Source of the DNA: an uncultured Acidobacteriota bacterium
GTDB lineage: Bacteria > Acidobacteriota > Vicinamibacteria > Vicinamibacterales > 2-12-FULL-66-21
NCBI GenBank assembly: GCA_963750915.1
Contig: CAVVSF010000008.1
Span: forward strand, 517,947 to 581,946
Direction of reading: 5' to 3'
DNA: 64,000 nucleotides
The notes under the pieces are model-generated. The model saw nothing but the letters and a program-made list of their open reading frames with translations. It searched no databases and was not told where the DNA came from. Made by a program: the position numbers and the translations under genes. Numbering within the stretch: position 1 is the stretch's first letter; each line of letters starts with the position of its first letter. Positions 45,798-54,083 of this stretch are shown here, piece after piece.

Positions 45798-46088
45798 AGT
45801 AAGTCGCTGGAACTATACGGGGTCGTTGCGTCGCGAGCGGATGCGTACCGAGCGACGCCGCAATGGCGACCAAACGGTCCTCTGGAACATTGGTGCGCCC
45901 GGCCCACCTTCGCGCTCCGCGCTACGGCGCGCTCGGGCCTGCACCTTCGCATGGCTTGCCAACGGTAGCTCACGCCGCTGGCAAGTGTGAGCTTGAAGGT
46001 TGGTGCCCCCGGGGGCGCGCTCGAAAGGTTGCACGATCCGTTTTCAGGGGATCGCCTCTTGATCCTACCTCGACCGCGCATCCGGCAT

Positions 46089-46199
46089 TCAGAGATGCCG
46101 TCGGACCCACGGCAGCAGAACGGCCCAAAGCATCAATCCGGCCGGAAGCAGACCGAAGAGTATCAACTGCCAGACCGTGCGCATCTTGAACGTTGCCAT
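46089..46199 (-). CDS. Possible 36-aa hydrophobic peptide
   Basis: ATG..TGA ORF below the track cutoff: MATFKMRTVWQLILFGLLPAGLMLWAVLLPWVRRHL (one TM helix). The RBS is weak (GAAAG). Could be chance. Confidence 0.2.
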   Translation of the reverse strand: MATFKMRTVWQLILFGLLPAGLMLWAVLLPWVRRHL

Positions 46200-46210
46200 T
46201 TGATCTTTCA

Positions 46211-46308
46211 AGCGAACGAGCGCAGCGAGTGAGCCACGCGACCGGAGCGAGCCGACGAAGCGGCGCGCGGGAGCGTGTAGGGGAGTTCGAGGGGCGAAGC
46301 CCCTCGAT
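46211..46308 (+). repeat. Dispersed repeat family R1, short copy C (internal ~65 nt missing), next to the 3' end of tRNA-Arg(TCG)
   Basis: AGCGAACGAGCGCAGCGAGTGAGCCACGCGACCGGAGCGAGC...GAGCGTGTAGGGGAGTTCGAGGGGCGAAGCCCCTCGAT. Both ends are near-identical to copy B. Confidence 0.85.
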
Positions 46309-46314
46309 TAAGTA

Positions 46315-46388
<74 letters not shown>

Positions 46389-46430
46389 GAACGGCCATCG
46401 TAGCACACGGTTTCGGCGCAAGGCGGCGCG

Positions 46431-47267
46431 TCAGCGTGCCTGATCGACCCACGTCAGCACGAACGACGCCGCGTCCTCCCACCCCGGCTCGTTGTGCAGC
46501 TCGTGATACCAGCCGTCCCAGATTCGCAGCGTCGCGCGGCCGCCCGCGGCGGCGACGAACTCGCGCGACGCCTCGATGCTCGTGATCCGATCGGCGCTGC
46601 CGTGCATGACGAGGGTCGGCAGCCGCAGCGCGCCGGCTTGCGCCAGCGCGAAGCCGCCCGCGTCGTGGACGGCGGTGAAGAGCCCGGCGCTGATGCGATC
46701 GTGCACGAGCGGATCCGACTCGACGCGCTCCCCCACTGCGGGATCGCGCGACAGCGCCGCGACCGCGAGGCCGGTGCGCTGGACGAACGACGGCGCGGCG
46801 CGGCGAAGCAGCCGGGCGGCGGCAATCTTCCAGGCCGGCGGCGCGAACGCGAGCCGGAGATAGGGCGACGTTGCCACCACGGCGACGACGGCGGCAAGCG
46901 GCGGCTGCCGCCGGATCGCGTAGTTCAACACCAGGTTGCCGCCCAGGCTGTGGCCGTAGAGCACGACCGGGCGATCAGGCCAGCGCTGGGCGACGGCGTC
47001 GAGAAGCGCCCCGATGTCGTCGAGCAGCTGGTCGTAGGAAGGCGTGTGCCCGCGCGGTCCGTCGGAGCGCCCGTGGCCGCGGTGATCGAAGCCGGCCGAC
47101 GCGTAGCCGCGCTGCCGCCAGAACTCGCTCAGATGATCGTAGCGCCGGCTGTGCTCGCCCATGCCGTGCACGAGGGCGATGACGCCGCGCGGTTCCCTGG
47201 CGGGCTCTCTCGTCCACGCATACAGCCGCGTGTCGTCGCTGGCGCGGAGAAATGTGTCGCGATGCAC
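46431..47267 (-). CDS. Alpha/beta hydrolase (lysophospholipase / monoacylglycerol-lipase-like)
   Basis: 278 aa with HGMGEHSRRY, the nucleophile elbow GHSLGG, and a C-terminal ...YHELHNE. Confidence 0.9.
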   Translation of the reverse strand: MHRDTFLRASDDTRLYAWTREPAREPRGVIALVHGMGEHSRRYDHLSEFWRQRGYASAGFDHRGHGRSDGPRGHTPSYDQLLDDIGALLDAVAQRWPDRPVVLYGHSLGGNLVLNYAIRRQPPLAAVVAVVATSPYLRLAFAPPAWKIAAARLLRRAAPSFVQRTGLAVAALSRDPAVGERVESDPLVHDRISAGLFTAVHDAGGFALAQAGALRLPTLVMHGSADRITSIEASREFVAAAGGRATLRIWDGWYHELHNEPGWEDAASFVLTWVDQAR

Positions 47268-47315
47268 GCGGTGTGTGCGTTGAGGGCCGACGTAAGCCGC
47301 GGCCTACGCTACGAA

Positions 47316-47362
47316 GCCTGAGCCTGAGCTGAGCCCTGAGCCCTGAGCCCTAAGCCCTGAGC
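47316..47362. repeat. (GAGCCCT)n heptamer array
   Basis: GCCTGAGCCTGAGCTGAGCCCTGAGCCCTGAGCCCTAAGCCCTGAGCC abuts the methyltransferase stop codon. Inverted copy of the array at 49035-49088. Confidence 0.85.
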
Positions 47363-48229
47363 CTATTTTTTAGCGCGAACGGCCTTGAACGGCGTCGTCG
47401 TGCCGCTGATGGCCATCGTCCCCGTCATGGTGTCGCCGACGACGCGCCCCTCGATCTGCGCACCGGTGGCGCTGGTGAACTGAATCCGCTCGCCGCGCAT
47501 GCGGCCGTTGGCGATCGGCTGGCCGTGCAGCGAGCCGCTCAGCATCTGGAACTCCTGCTTCAGCGTCAGCTCCCCTTGCGGCAGCGTCCACGTGCCCTCG
47601 GCCTTCGCCGGGACGATCCAGAGCTGCGACGTGCACCAGTTGGTGCAGTCGTTCTCGACCTTCTCGCTCTCGTCCGGCGTCCACCCCGAGATGCCGAAGG
47701 TGTTGACGACGATGCGCGTGCCGGGCTTCATGGCGAGGAACTTGTCGACCATCTTGTCCATGTTCTCGGTGAGCAGGAACAGCGCCAGCACGGTCGCCTT
47801 CGAGACGTCGGCCGCGTACATGTCGCCCTGGACGAACTTGGCGAGATGGCCGACGCCTTCCTTCTCCGCGGCGCGGTTCGAGAGCGTCACGAGATCGGCG
47901 TTCCACTCGACGCCGACGCCGCGGGCGCCGCGCTTGGCCGCGGCGATGATGTTGCGGCCGTCGCCCGAACCGAGATCCATCACGAAGTCGTTCTTCGTCA
48001 CCTTGGCCATGTCGAGCATCTTCTCGACCAGCGCCGGCGACGTCGGCACCCACACGGCGTCCTTGCCCGGCTGCCCGACGGTCGGCTTGTACTGATCGGG
48101 AGCAGTTGCCTGAGTTTGCGCCTGTGCCTGCGCCTGCGCCGCCGACAGCAGGCACAGCGCCACCGCCGCACACACGACAGCCACCAGCCGCGCCGCCTGC
48201 TTCCACACGTCGTGTCGTGCGTTCATCAC
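47363..48229 (-). CDS. Exported class I SAM-dependent methyltransferase fused to a C-terminal GTW beta-rich module
   Basis: Signal peptide ...LLSAAQAQAQAQ and SAM motif I VMDLGSGDGRNIIAAAKRG. The C-terminal ~85 aa (AEGTWTLPQGELTLKQEFQMLSGSLHGQPIANGRMRGERIQFT...GRVVGDTMTGTM...AVRAKK) resemble 32991-33356. Confidence 0.8.
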   Translation of the reverse strand: MMNARHDVWKQAARLVAVVCAAVALCLLSAAQAQAQAQTQATAPDQYKPTVGQPGKDAVWVPTSPALVEKMLDMAKVTKNDFVMDLGSGDGRNIIAAAKRGARGVGVEWNADLVTLSNRAAEKEGVGHLAKFVQGDMYAADVSKATVLALFLLTENMDKMVDKFLAMKPGTRIVVNTFGISGWTPDESEKVENDCTNWCTSQLWIVPAKAEGTWTLPQGELTLKQEFQMLSGSLHGQPIANGRMRGERIQFTSATGAQIEGRVVGDTMTGTMAISGTTTPFKAVRAKK

Positions 48230-48242
48230 CCCTACCTCCCGA

Positions 48243-49019
48243 TCACTCGCCCGCGCTGTGCTTGGGCAGGAAATAGACCTCTTCCTTCATCGCCTCCTTC
48301 GTCCAGCCGCGGCGGCGAAGGATCGACTTGCCATGCTCGACCATGTCGGGATGGCCGCACAAATAAGCCGTGGTGTCGTGGCCGTTGAGCGACCAGCGAT
48401 CGGTGTACTTGCGGATCAGGTCGTCGACGCGCCCGACTTCGCGCGTCCACTCCGGGTCGTCCCACGGCCGGCTGACTGTCGGCACGTAGGTCAGCCACGG
48501 CACCTCGTCCGCGATACGCTCGAGCTCCTCGCGATAGCCGAACTCGCGCGACTTGCTGGCGCCGTGCACGACGAAGAGATGATGGGTGCCGTCGAAGCGG
48601 CCTTCCTTCCAGTCGCTGAGCAGCGTTCGTGCGTAGCTGACGAACGGCGCGACGCCGGTGACCGTGCACAGCAGCAGGTGGCGCGTCCGGCCACTCGTCA
48701 GATCGAGCGTGAAGCGCCCCTTGGGGGCTTTGCGCGCCGTGACGTCCGCGCCGACGCCGAGCTTGAAGAGGAGCGGCGTGAGCTCGCCCTGCGGCACGAG
48801 CTCGAAGAAGAACTCCAGCTCGCGCTCGTAAGGCGAGGAGACGATCGAATACGCGCGCTCGATCAGCCCCTTCTCCCCCGGCGCACCGAGCGTCGCGTAC
48901 TGCCCGGCCGTGAACTTGAACTCCGCCCCGGGATCGACTCGAACCATCCACAGGTCGTCCGCGAACTCGACCCGCTCGGTGATGCGCGCCTGGAAGAACT
49001 TGTCAGGGCTCTGGGTCAT
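48243..49019 (-). CDS. Ferredoxin-NADP+ reductase-type FAD/NAD(P)-binding oxidoreductase
   Basis: 258 aa with RAYSIVS (FAD RxYS motif), LLCTVTGVAPFVS (NAD(P) GxGxxP-like), and C-terminal ...EVYF. Confidence 0.9.
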   Translation of the reverse strand: MTQSPDKFFQARITERVEFADDLWMVRVDPGAEFKFTAGQYATLGAPGEKGLIERAYSIVSSPYERELEFFFELVPQGELTPLLFKLGVGADVTARKAPKGRFTLDLTSGRTRHLLLCTVTGVAPFVSYARTLLSDWKEGRFDGTHHLFVVHGASKSREFGYREELERIADEVPWLTYVPTVSRPWDDPEWTREVGRVDDLIRKYTDRWSLNGHDTTAYLCGHPDMVEHGKSILRRRGWTKEAMKEEVYFLPKHSAGE

Positions 49020-49034
49020 TCGGTGATCCTTGTC

Positions 49035-49088
49035 GGCTCAGGGCTCAGGGCTTAGGGTTTAGGGTTCAGGGTTGGGAGTTCGGGCTCC
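49035..49088. repeat. (AGGGYTY)n heptamer array
   Basis: GGCTCAGGGCTCAGGGCTTAGGGTTTAGGGTTCAGGGTTGGGAGTTCGGGCTCC. The segment 49042-49057 is the exact reverse complement of 47348-47363. Confidence 0.85.
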
Positions 49089-49145
49089 GAGGAAGATATC
49101 AGGGATTCAGGCCGAAACCCGCGCCTCCATGCCCCGGTCCCGGAT

Positions 49146-50000
49146 ATGATTTTGCTCGTGCCGGCCCCCATCCTCGAGCTCCACAGCGCCACGGTCCTGA
49201 AGGACGACCGCCCCGTTCTCGACGCGCTCGACCTGACGATTCATCAAGGCGAACACACGGCGATTCTCGGGCCGAACGGCGCCGGCAAGTCGCTGCTCGT
49301 CAGCCTGCTGACGCATTACGAGCGGCCGGTGGCGCGGACGGAGGGGATTCCGCCGGTCCGCGTCTTCGGCAAGGACGACTGGAACGTCGCCGAGCTCCGA
49401 CTTCAGCTCGGCATCGTCTCCTCGGATCTGCACCTGCATTTCGTCGCCGGCAACAGCGAAGGGCGAATCAGGGGCGAGGCGGCGGTGCTGTCGGCGTTCC
49501 TGTCGTCGCACGGCATCCTCCGCTACGGCACGATCACCGACGACATGCGGGTGCGGGCGCGGCAGGCGCTCGACAACGTCGGCGCGGCGCACCTGGCGCG
49601 GCGCTGGATGGATCAGATGTCGAGCGGCGAGGCTCGCCGCGTCATGCTGGCGCGCGTGCTGGTAACGGCGCCGCGGGCGCTCATCCTCGACGAGCCGACG
49701 ACGGGGCTCGATCTCGGGGCCCGCCACGCCTTCATGGAGCAGGTCCGCGCCGTGGCCCGCCGCGGCACGACCATCATCCTCATCACTCACCACCTCGAAG
49801 AGATCATCCCGGAGATCGATCGCGTCGTGCTGCTGCAGCAGGGGCGGATCGCCGGCCAGGGCGCGAAGCGGACGATGCTGTCGGCGGCGGCGCTCGGCGA
49901 GCTCTTCGGTGTCCCGGTCGCGGTCGAAGAGGTTGACGGCTACTATTATGCGAGGCCTGCGGCAACCGCCGGGCAGGCGCAGGGCGTCGGCTCGGCCTGA
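49146..50000 (+). CDS. ABC transporter ATP-binding protein (ModF-like single ATPase, no adjacent permease)
   Basis: Walker A GPNGAGKS, signature MSSGEARR, Walker B LILDEPTTGLD, and H-loop ITHH. Confidence 0.85.
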   Translation: MILLVPAPILELHSATVLKDDRPVLDALDLTIHQGEHTAILGPNGAGKSLLVSLLTHYERPVARTEGIPPVRVFGKDDWNVAELRLQLGIVSSDLHLHFVAGNSEGRIRGEAAVLSAFLSSHGILRYGTITDDMRVRARQALDNVGAAHLARRWMDQMSSGEARRVMLARVLVTAPRALILDEPTTGLDLGARHAFMEQVRAVARRGTTIILITHHLEEIIPEIDRVVLLQQGRIAGQGAKRTMLSAAALGELFGVPVAVEEVDGYYYARPAATAGQAQGVGSA

Positions 50001-50015
50001 TCGTCTCCACACCTC

Positions 50016-52505
50016 ATGCGGCTAAACGCGCATCCTCTCGCGGCGGCGATCGCGGCGGCCTCGGCCGGCTGGATCGTGGCGATGTCGGCGCAGCAGGCGC
50101 GCCCGGCCGGACCCGCGCGCGTCGACTTCGAGCGCCACGTGCGGCCGATCCTCGCCGCCAGCTGCCTCGAGTGCCACAGCCAGGACAAGCGCAAGGGCGG
50201 GCTGTCGCTCGCGACCTACGAGGACATCCTCGAAGGCGGCAAGGACGGCGCCGTCGTCCGCCCGGGCAATGGCGCCAACAGCCTGCTCATCCATCGCATC
50301 ACCGGCGAGATCGAGCCGCAGATGCCGAAGGACGAGCTCGCGCTGTCGGACGGCGAGACCGCGACGATCCGCCGCTGGATCGACGAAGGCGCGCGGCGAA
50401 CCCCGACCGCGCCGGCGGCGCCGGCGCCGTGGGAAGCGCCGATGGCGCTGACCCGGCCTGTGGTCCCCGACGCGATCTGGCCGTCCTGGGACGCGCCGGT
50501 CGATCGCATCGTCGCGTCCTACCTGAGCCCGCGCACGAAGCGCGAGCCCGCGCTCGTCAGCGATGCGCTCTTCGCGCGCCGCGTCCACCTCGACATCTGG
50601 GGGCTGCTGCCGGCGCCGGAGGCGCTGCAGCGGTTCGTCGCCGATCGCGCGCCGAACAAGCGCGAAGCGCTGGTGACGCAGCTGCTCGCCGACGGCGAGA
50701 AGTACGCCGACCACTGGGTATCGTTCTGGAACGACCTGCTGCGCAACGAGGACGGCGTCAGCTACTTCTCCGAGACCGCCGGGCGCAAGAGCATCACCGA
50801 ATGGCTGGTGCCGGCGCTGCAGTCGAACCTGCGCTACGACGAGTTCGTCGGACGCCTGATCAACCCGGCGGCGCCGGGCGATCCCGAGGGCTTCCTCACC
50901 GGCGTCAACTGGCGCGGCGAGACCAGCGCCGCCGTGACGCCGTGGATGCAGGCGTCGCAGAACACCGCCCAGGTCTTCCTCGGCGTCAATCTCAAGTGCA
51001 CGTCGTGCCACGACAGCTTCGTCAACCGCTGGAAGCTGAAGGACGCCTACGGCCTCGCCGCCTACTTCTCGCCGGAACCGCGGCTGCAGATGTATCGCTG
51101 CGACGTCGCCCAGGACAAGTACGCCGAGCCGGGCTTCATCTTCCCGGAACTCTCGCGCGCGCCGGCGTCCGCCGCGCTCGCCGATCGCCGCGCCGCCGCT
51201 GCCGCCATCTTCACCGATCCGCGGCTCGGGCGGATGCCGCGGACCTTCGTCAACCGCGTCTGGCAGCGCCTCCTCGGCCACGGCCTCGTCGCCAACGTCG
51301 ACGAGATGGACGGCGAGCCGTGGAGCCCGGCCCTGCTCGACTGGCTGGCGAGCGACTTCGTCGACAACGGCTACGACATCCGCCGCCTGATCAAGACCAT
51401 CGCGCTGTCGCGCGCGTATCAGCTGCCGTCGGTGCCGCGGGCGAAAGAGATCGACCCGCGACGCTACGTCTTCGCCGGCCCGGAAGTCCGGCGCATGACC
51501 GCCGAGCAGTTCGCCGACACCATCGGCGCGATCACCGGCGAGTGGGGCGTCGCGCCGGTCAAGGCGGCGCCCGCGCCGCCGGCGCCGCCGCCAGTCAAGG
51601 GCGTGCCGCAGATTCCGCCGTCGCAGCCGCGCCAGGCCGGCATGTTCGCGCGCGAGTGGCGCGTCGCCTCGAGCTCACTGACGCGCGCGCTCGGGCGGCC
51701 GATCCGGGATCAGATCAATTCGACGCGGGCGGCGGACGCGACGACGCTCCAGGCGCTGGAGCTGACCAACGGCGAGATCCTGTCGACCTGGCTGTCGCGC
51801 GGCGCGCGGCGGATGCTCGGCGAGCTGCCGCCCGATCCGGTCAGCCTCTACAACCGCGCCGTCGCCGGCCGCAACGCGACGTCGAGCGCGTTCGACGTCG
51901 ACATCACCGGCGTGCGCACGCTGTGGCTGGTGGTGCAGGACACAGGCTCGAACGTGCCGGAAGCCATCATGCCGGCGTGGGCGCGGGCAGAGCTCGTCGG
52001 GCCATCGGGGCCAGTGCCGTTGACCTCGCTCACGCCCGCCGACCCGGCCGGCCTGCGCCAGGCGTCGGGACCGCTTCGAGTGCCCGACGGCGAGGGTGAG
52101 GGCCTCCGCGTCGCGAATCCATCGGTGCTCTCGTTCGACATCGCCGGCAAGGGCTACACGCGCTTCCGCGGCGTCATCGGCCTCGAGAACAGCCGCCAGG
52201 AGATCGGCAGCACGCTGAACCCCGCGACGCGGTTCTTCGTCTTCGACACGGCGCCCGATCTCGGCCGCTTGATTCCACCGCTGCCCGGCGCCCCGCTCGA
52301 CGCGCAGCCGCCGGTCACGACCATCGCCGCGGCAGTCGATCGCGTGTTCCAGCAGGCGCTCGGACGACCGCCCACCGCCGCCGAGCGCACGATTGCAACT
52401 GCCGCGCTCCGCGATCCGGCGCGCGGCGACAGGCCGTCGCCGCAGGGGCTCGCCGACCTGCTGTGGGCTGTCTTGATGAAGCCGGAAGTGCAGCTTATCC
52501 GGTAG
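50016..52505 (+). CDS. PSCyt1 (CxxCH) + DUF1549 (PSCyt2) + DUF1553 (PSD1) domain protein
   Basis: 829 aa. ILAASCLECHSQDKRKGGLSLATYE heme motif, the DUF1549-like VDRIVASYL region, and a DUF1553-like C-terminal half. Classic partner of the downstream DUF1501 gene. Confidence 0.9.
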   Translation: MRLNAHPLAAAIAAASAGWIVAMSAQQARPAGPARVDFERHVRPILAASCLECHSQDKRKGGLSLATYEDILEGGKDGAVVRPGNGANSLLIHRITGEIEPQMPKDELALSDGETATIRRWIDEGARRTPTAPAAPAPWEAPMALTRPVVPDAIWPSWDAPVDRIVASYLSPRTKREPALVSDALFARRVHLDIWGLLPAPEALQRFVADRAPNKREALVTQLLADGEKYADHWVSFWNDLLRNEDGVSYFSETAGRKSITEWLVPALQSNLRYDEFVGRLINPAAPGDPEGFLTGVNWRGETSAAVTPWMQASQNTAQVFLGVNLKCTSCHDSFVNRWKLKDAYGLAAYFSPEPRLQMYRCDVAQDKYAEPGFIFPELSRAPASAALADRRAAAAAIFTDPRLGRMPRTFVNRVWQRLLGHGLVANVDEMDGEPWSPALLDWLASDFVDNGYDIRRLIKTIALSRAYQLPSVPRAKEIDPRRYVFAGPEVRRMTAEQFADTIGAITGEWGVAPVKAAPAPPAPPPVKGVPQIPPSQPRQAGMFAREWRVASSSLTRALGRPIRDQINSTRAADATTLQALELTNGEILSTWLSRGARRMLGELPPDPVSLYNRAVAGRNATSSAFDVDITGVRTLWLVVQDTGSNVPEAIMPAWARAELVGPSGPVPLTSLTPADPAGLRQASGPLRVPDGEGEGLRVANPSVLSFDIAGKGYTRFRGVIGLENSRQEIGSTLNPATRFFVFDTAPDLGRLIPPLPGAPLDAQPPVTTIAAAVDRVFQQALGRPPTAAERTIATAALRDPARGDRPSPQGLADLLWAVLMKPEVQLIR

Positions 52506-52512
52506 CTGGGCG

Positions 52513-52586
52513 CTGCAATTTTCGATTGCAGACTGCAGATTGCAGATTGCGAATTGTCGATTTTAGATTTTAGATTTTAGATTTTC
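52513..52586. repeat. Hairpin plus (GATTGCA)n(GATTTTA)4 heptamer array
   Basis: CTGCAAT-TTTCG-ATTGCAG (52513-52531), then GATTGCAGACTGCAGATTGCAGATTGCGAATTGTCGATTTTAGATTTTAGATTTTAGATTTTC. AT-rich relative to its surroundings. Confidence 0.85.
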
Positions 52587-52594
52587 CAGGGACC

Positions 52595-54034
52595 ATGACC
52601 AACGACTTACGGCACCTTCACTCCAGGCTGACGCGGCGCGGCTTCATGGGCGTGACCGCCGCCGGCACGCTGGCGTCGCTGGTCGGGCGCGCACCGGCGC
52701 TCGTGCACGGCGCGCAGACGCCGAAAGCGACCGCCGACGCCGTCATCGTGCTGTGGATGGCCGGCGGCATGGCCCAGACCGAGACCTTCGATCCCAAGCG
52801 CTACACGCCGTTCGAGAAAGGCGTCCGGATCGAGAACGTCCTGAGCACCTTCCCCACCATCGACACCGTCGTCGACGACATCAAGTTCACGCAGGGGCTC
52901 GAGCAGGTCGGCAGCGTCATGGACCGCGGCGCCGTCATCCGCTCGTTCATGGCCGCCGATCTCGGCTTCATCCTCCACTCGCGGCACCAGTATCACTGGC
53001 ACACCGGCTACATCCCGCCGCAGCCGATGGCGATGCCGCATCTCGGCTCGGTGGTCTCGCGGACGCTCGGGCCGCGTCATCCCGACATGCCGGCATTCGT
53101 CGCCATCGGCCAGACGGTCGAGGGCGCCGGCGAGATCGGGACGCTGAAGGCGTTCCACACCGCCGGGTTCCTCGGCGCCGAGCACGGACCGTTCCTGATC
53201 GTCGACCCGCAGGACGCCGCGGCTTCAGTACGGCCGCCGAAGGAACTGACGCCGGCGCGATTCCAGAGCCGGCGGCAGCTGTTCGAGAAGCTGCTGGCGC
53301 AGGAGCCAGGCTTCGCCGCCGCCGGCGATTTCCAGCGCGATTCGCTCGTCCGCTCGCTCGACGCCGCCAACCGGCTGCTCAACTCGCCCTCGGCGAAGTC
53401 ATTCGATCTCTCGCTCGAACCGAGGCGCACGCTCGACGCGTATGGGTCTTCGCGCTTCGGCCAGGGCTGCCTCCTGGCGCGGCGGCTGATCGAGGGCGGC
53501 GCCCGCTACGTCGAGGTGACCTCCGAGTACATCCCGTTCGTCTACTGGGACACGCACGAGCACGGCCACGAGCGGGCGGCGGCGATGAAGCGGATCATCG
53601 ACGCGCCCATCGCTCAGCTGGTCCGCGATCTCGACGAGCGCGGCCTGCTCGACCGCACGCTCGTCGTCCTCGCCAGCGAGTTCGGCCGCGACGCGATCAC
53701 GGAGGGCAAGGTCGGGAAGGAAGTGAAGGATCAGGCGATCAACATCCCCGACGTCATGACCGACATCCGTCACTACGGCATGCACCGCCACTTCACCGCG
53801 GCGGGCTCGCTGCTGATGTTCGGCGGCGGGATCAAGCGGGGGTTCGTCTACGGCAAAACGGCGCCGGAACGGCCGTGCACGACGATCGAATCGCCAATCG
53901 TCATGGAAGACCTGCACGCGACGATCTACCACGCGCTGGGGATCGCGCCGGATACGTCGTACATCGCCGAGAAGCGGCCGATCTACGTCACCCGGGACGG
54001 TGTCGGCAAGCCGCATCTGGGCTTGTTTCGCTGA
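52595..54034 (+). CDS. DUF1501 domain protein (sulfatase-like fold) with Tat signal
   Basis: 479 aa with a twin-arginine leader (LTRRGFMGVTAAGTLASLV) and DUF1501-typical WMAGGMAQTETFDPK and ...SEFGR. Confidence 0.9.
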   Translation: MTNDLRHLHSRLTRRGFMGVTAAGTLASLVGRAPALVHGAQTPKATADAVIVLWMAGGMAQTETFDPKRYTPFEKGVRIENVLSTFPTIDTVVDDIKFTQGLEQVGSVMDRGAVIRSFMAADLGFILHSRHQYHWHTGYIPPQPMAMPHLGSVVSRTLGPRHPDMPAFVAIGQTVEGAGEIGTLKAFHTAGFLGAEHGPFLIVDPQDAAASVRPPKELTPARFQSRRQLFEKLLAQEPGFAAAGDFQRDSLVRSLDAANRLLNSPSAKSFDLSLEPRRTLDAYGSSRFGQGCLLARRLIEGGARYVEVTSEYIPFVYWDTHEHGHERAAAMKRIIDAPIAQLVRDLDERGLLDRTLVVLASEFGRDAITEGKVGKEVKDQAINIPDVMTDIRHYGMHRHFTAAGSLLMFGGGIKRGFVYGKTAPERPCTTIESPIVMEDLHATIYHALGIAPDTSYIAEKRPIYVTRDGVGKPHLGLFR

Positions 54035-54083
54035 TTGAGATCAACGGCGCAGATCCGCGTCCCGTCACGAGTCCAAATCGCAT

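Noticed and set aside
49050-49066. Telomere-like TTAGGG/TTTAGGG units
   Set aside because: These are just two variant units within the AGGGYTY heptamer array, internal to a bacterial chromosome segment. The resemblance is coincidental.
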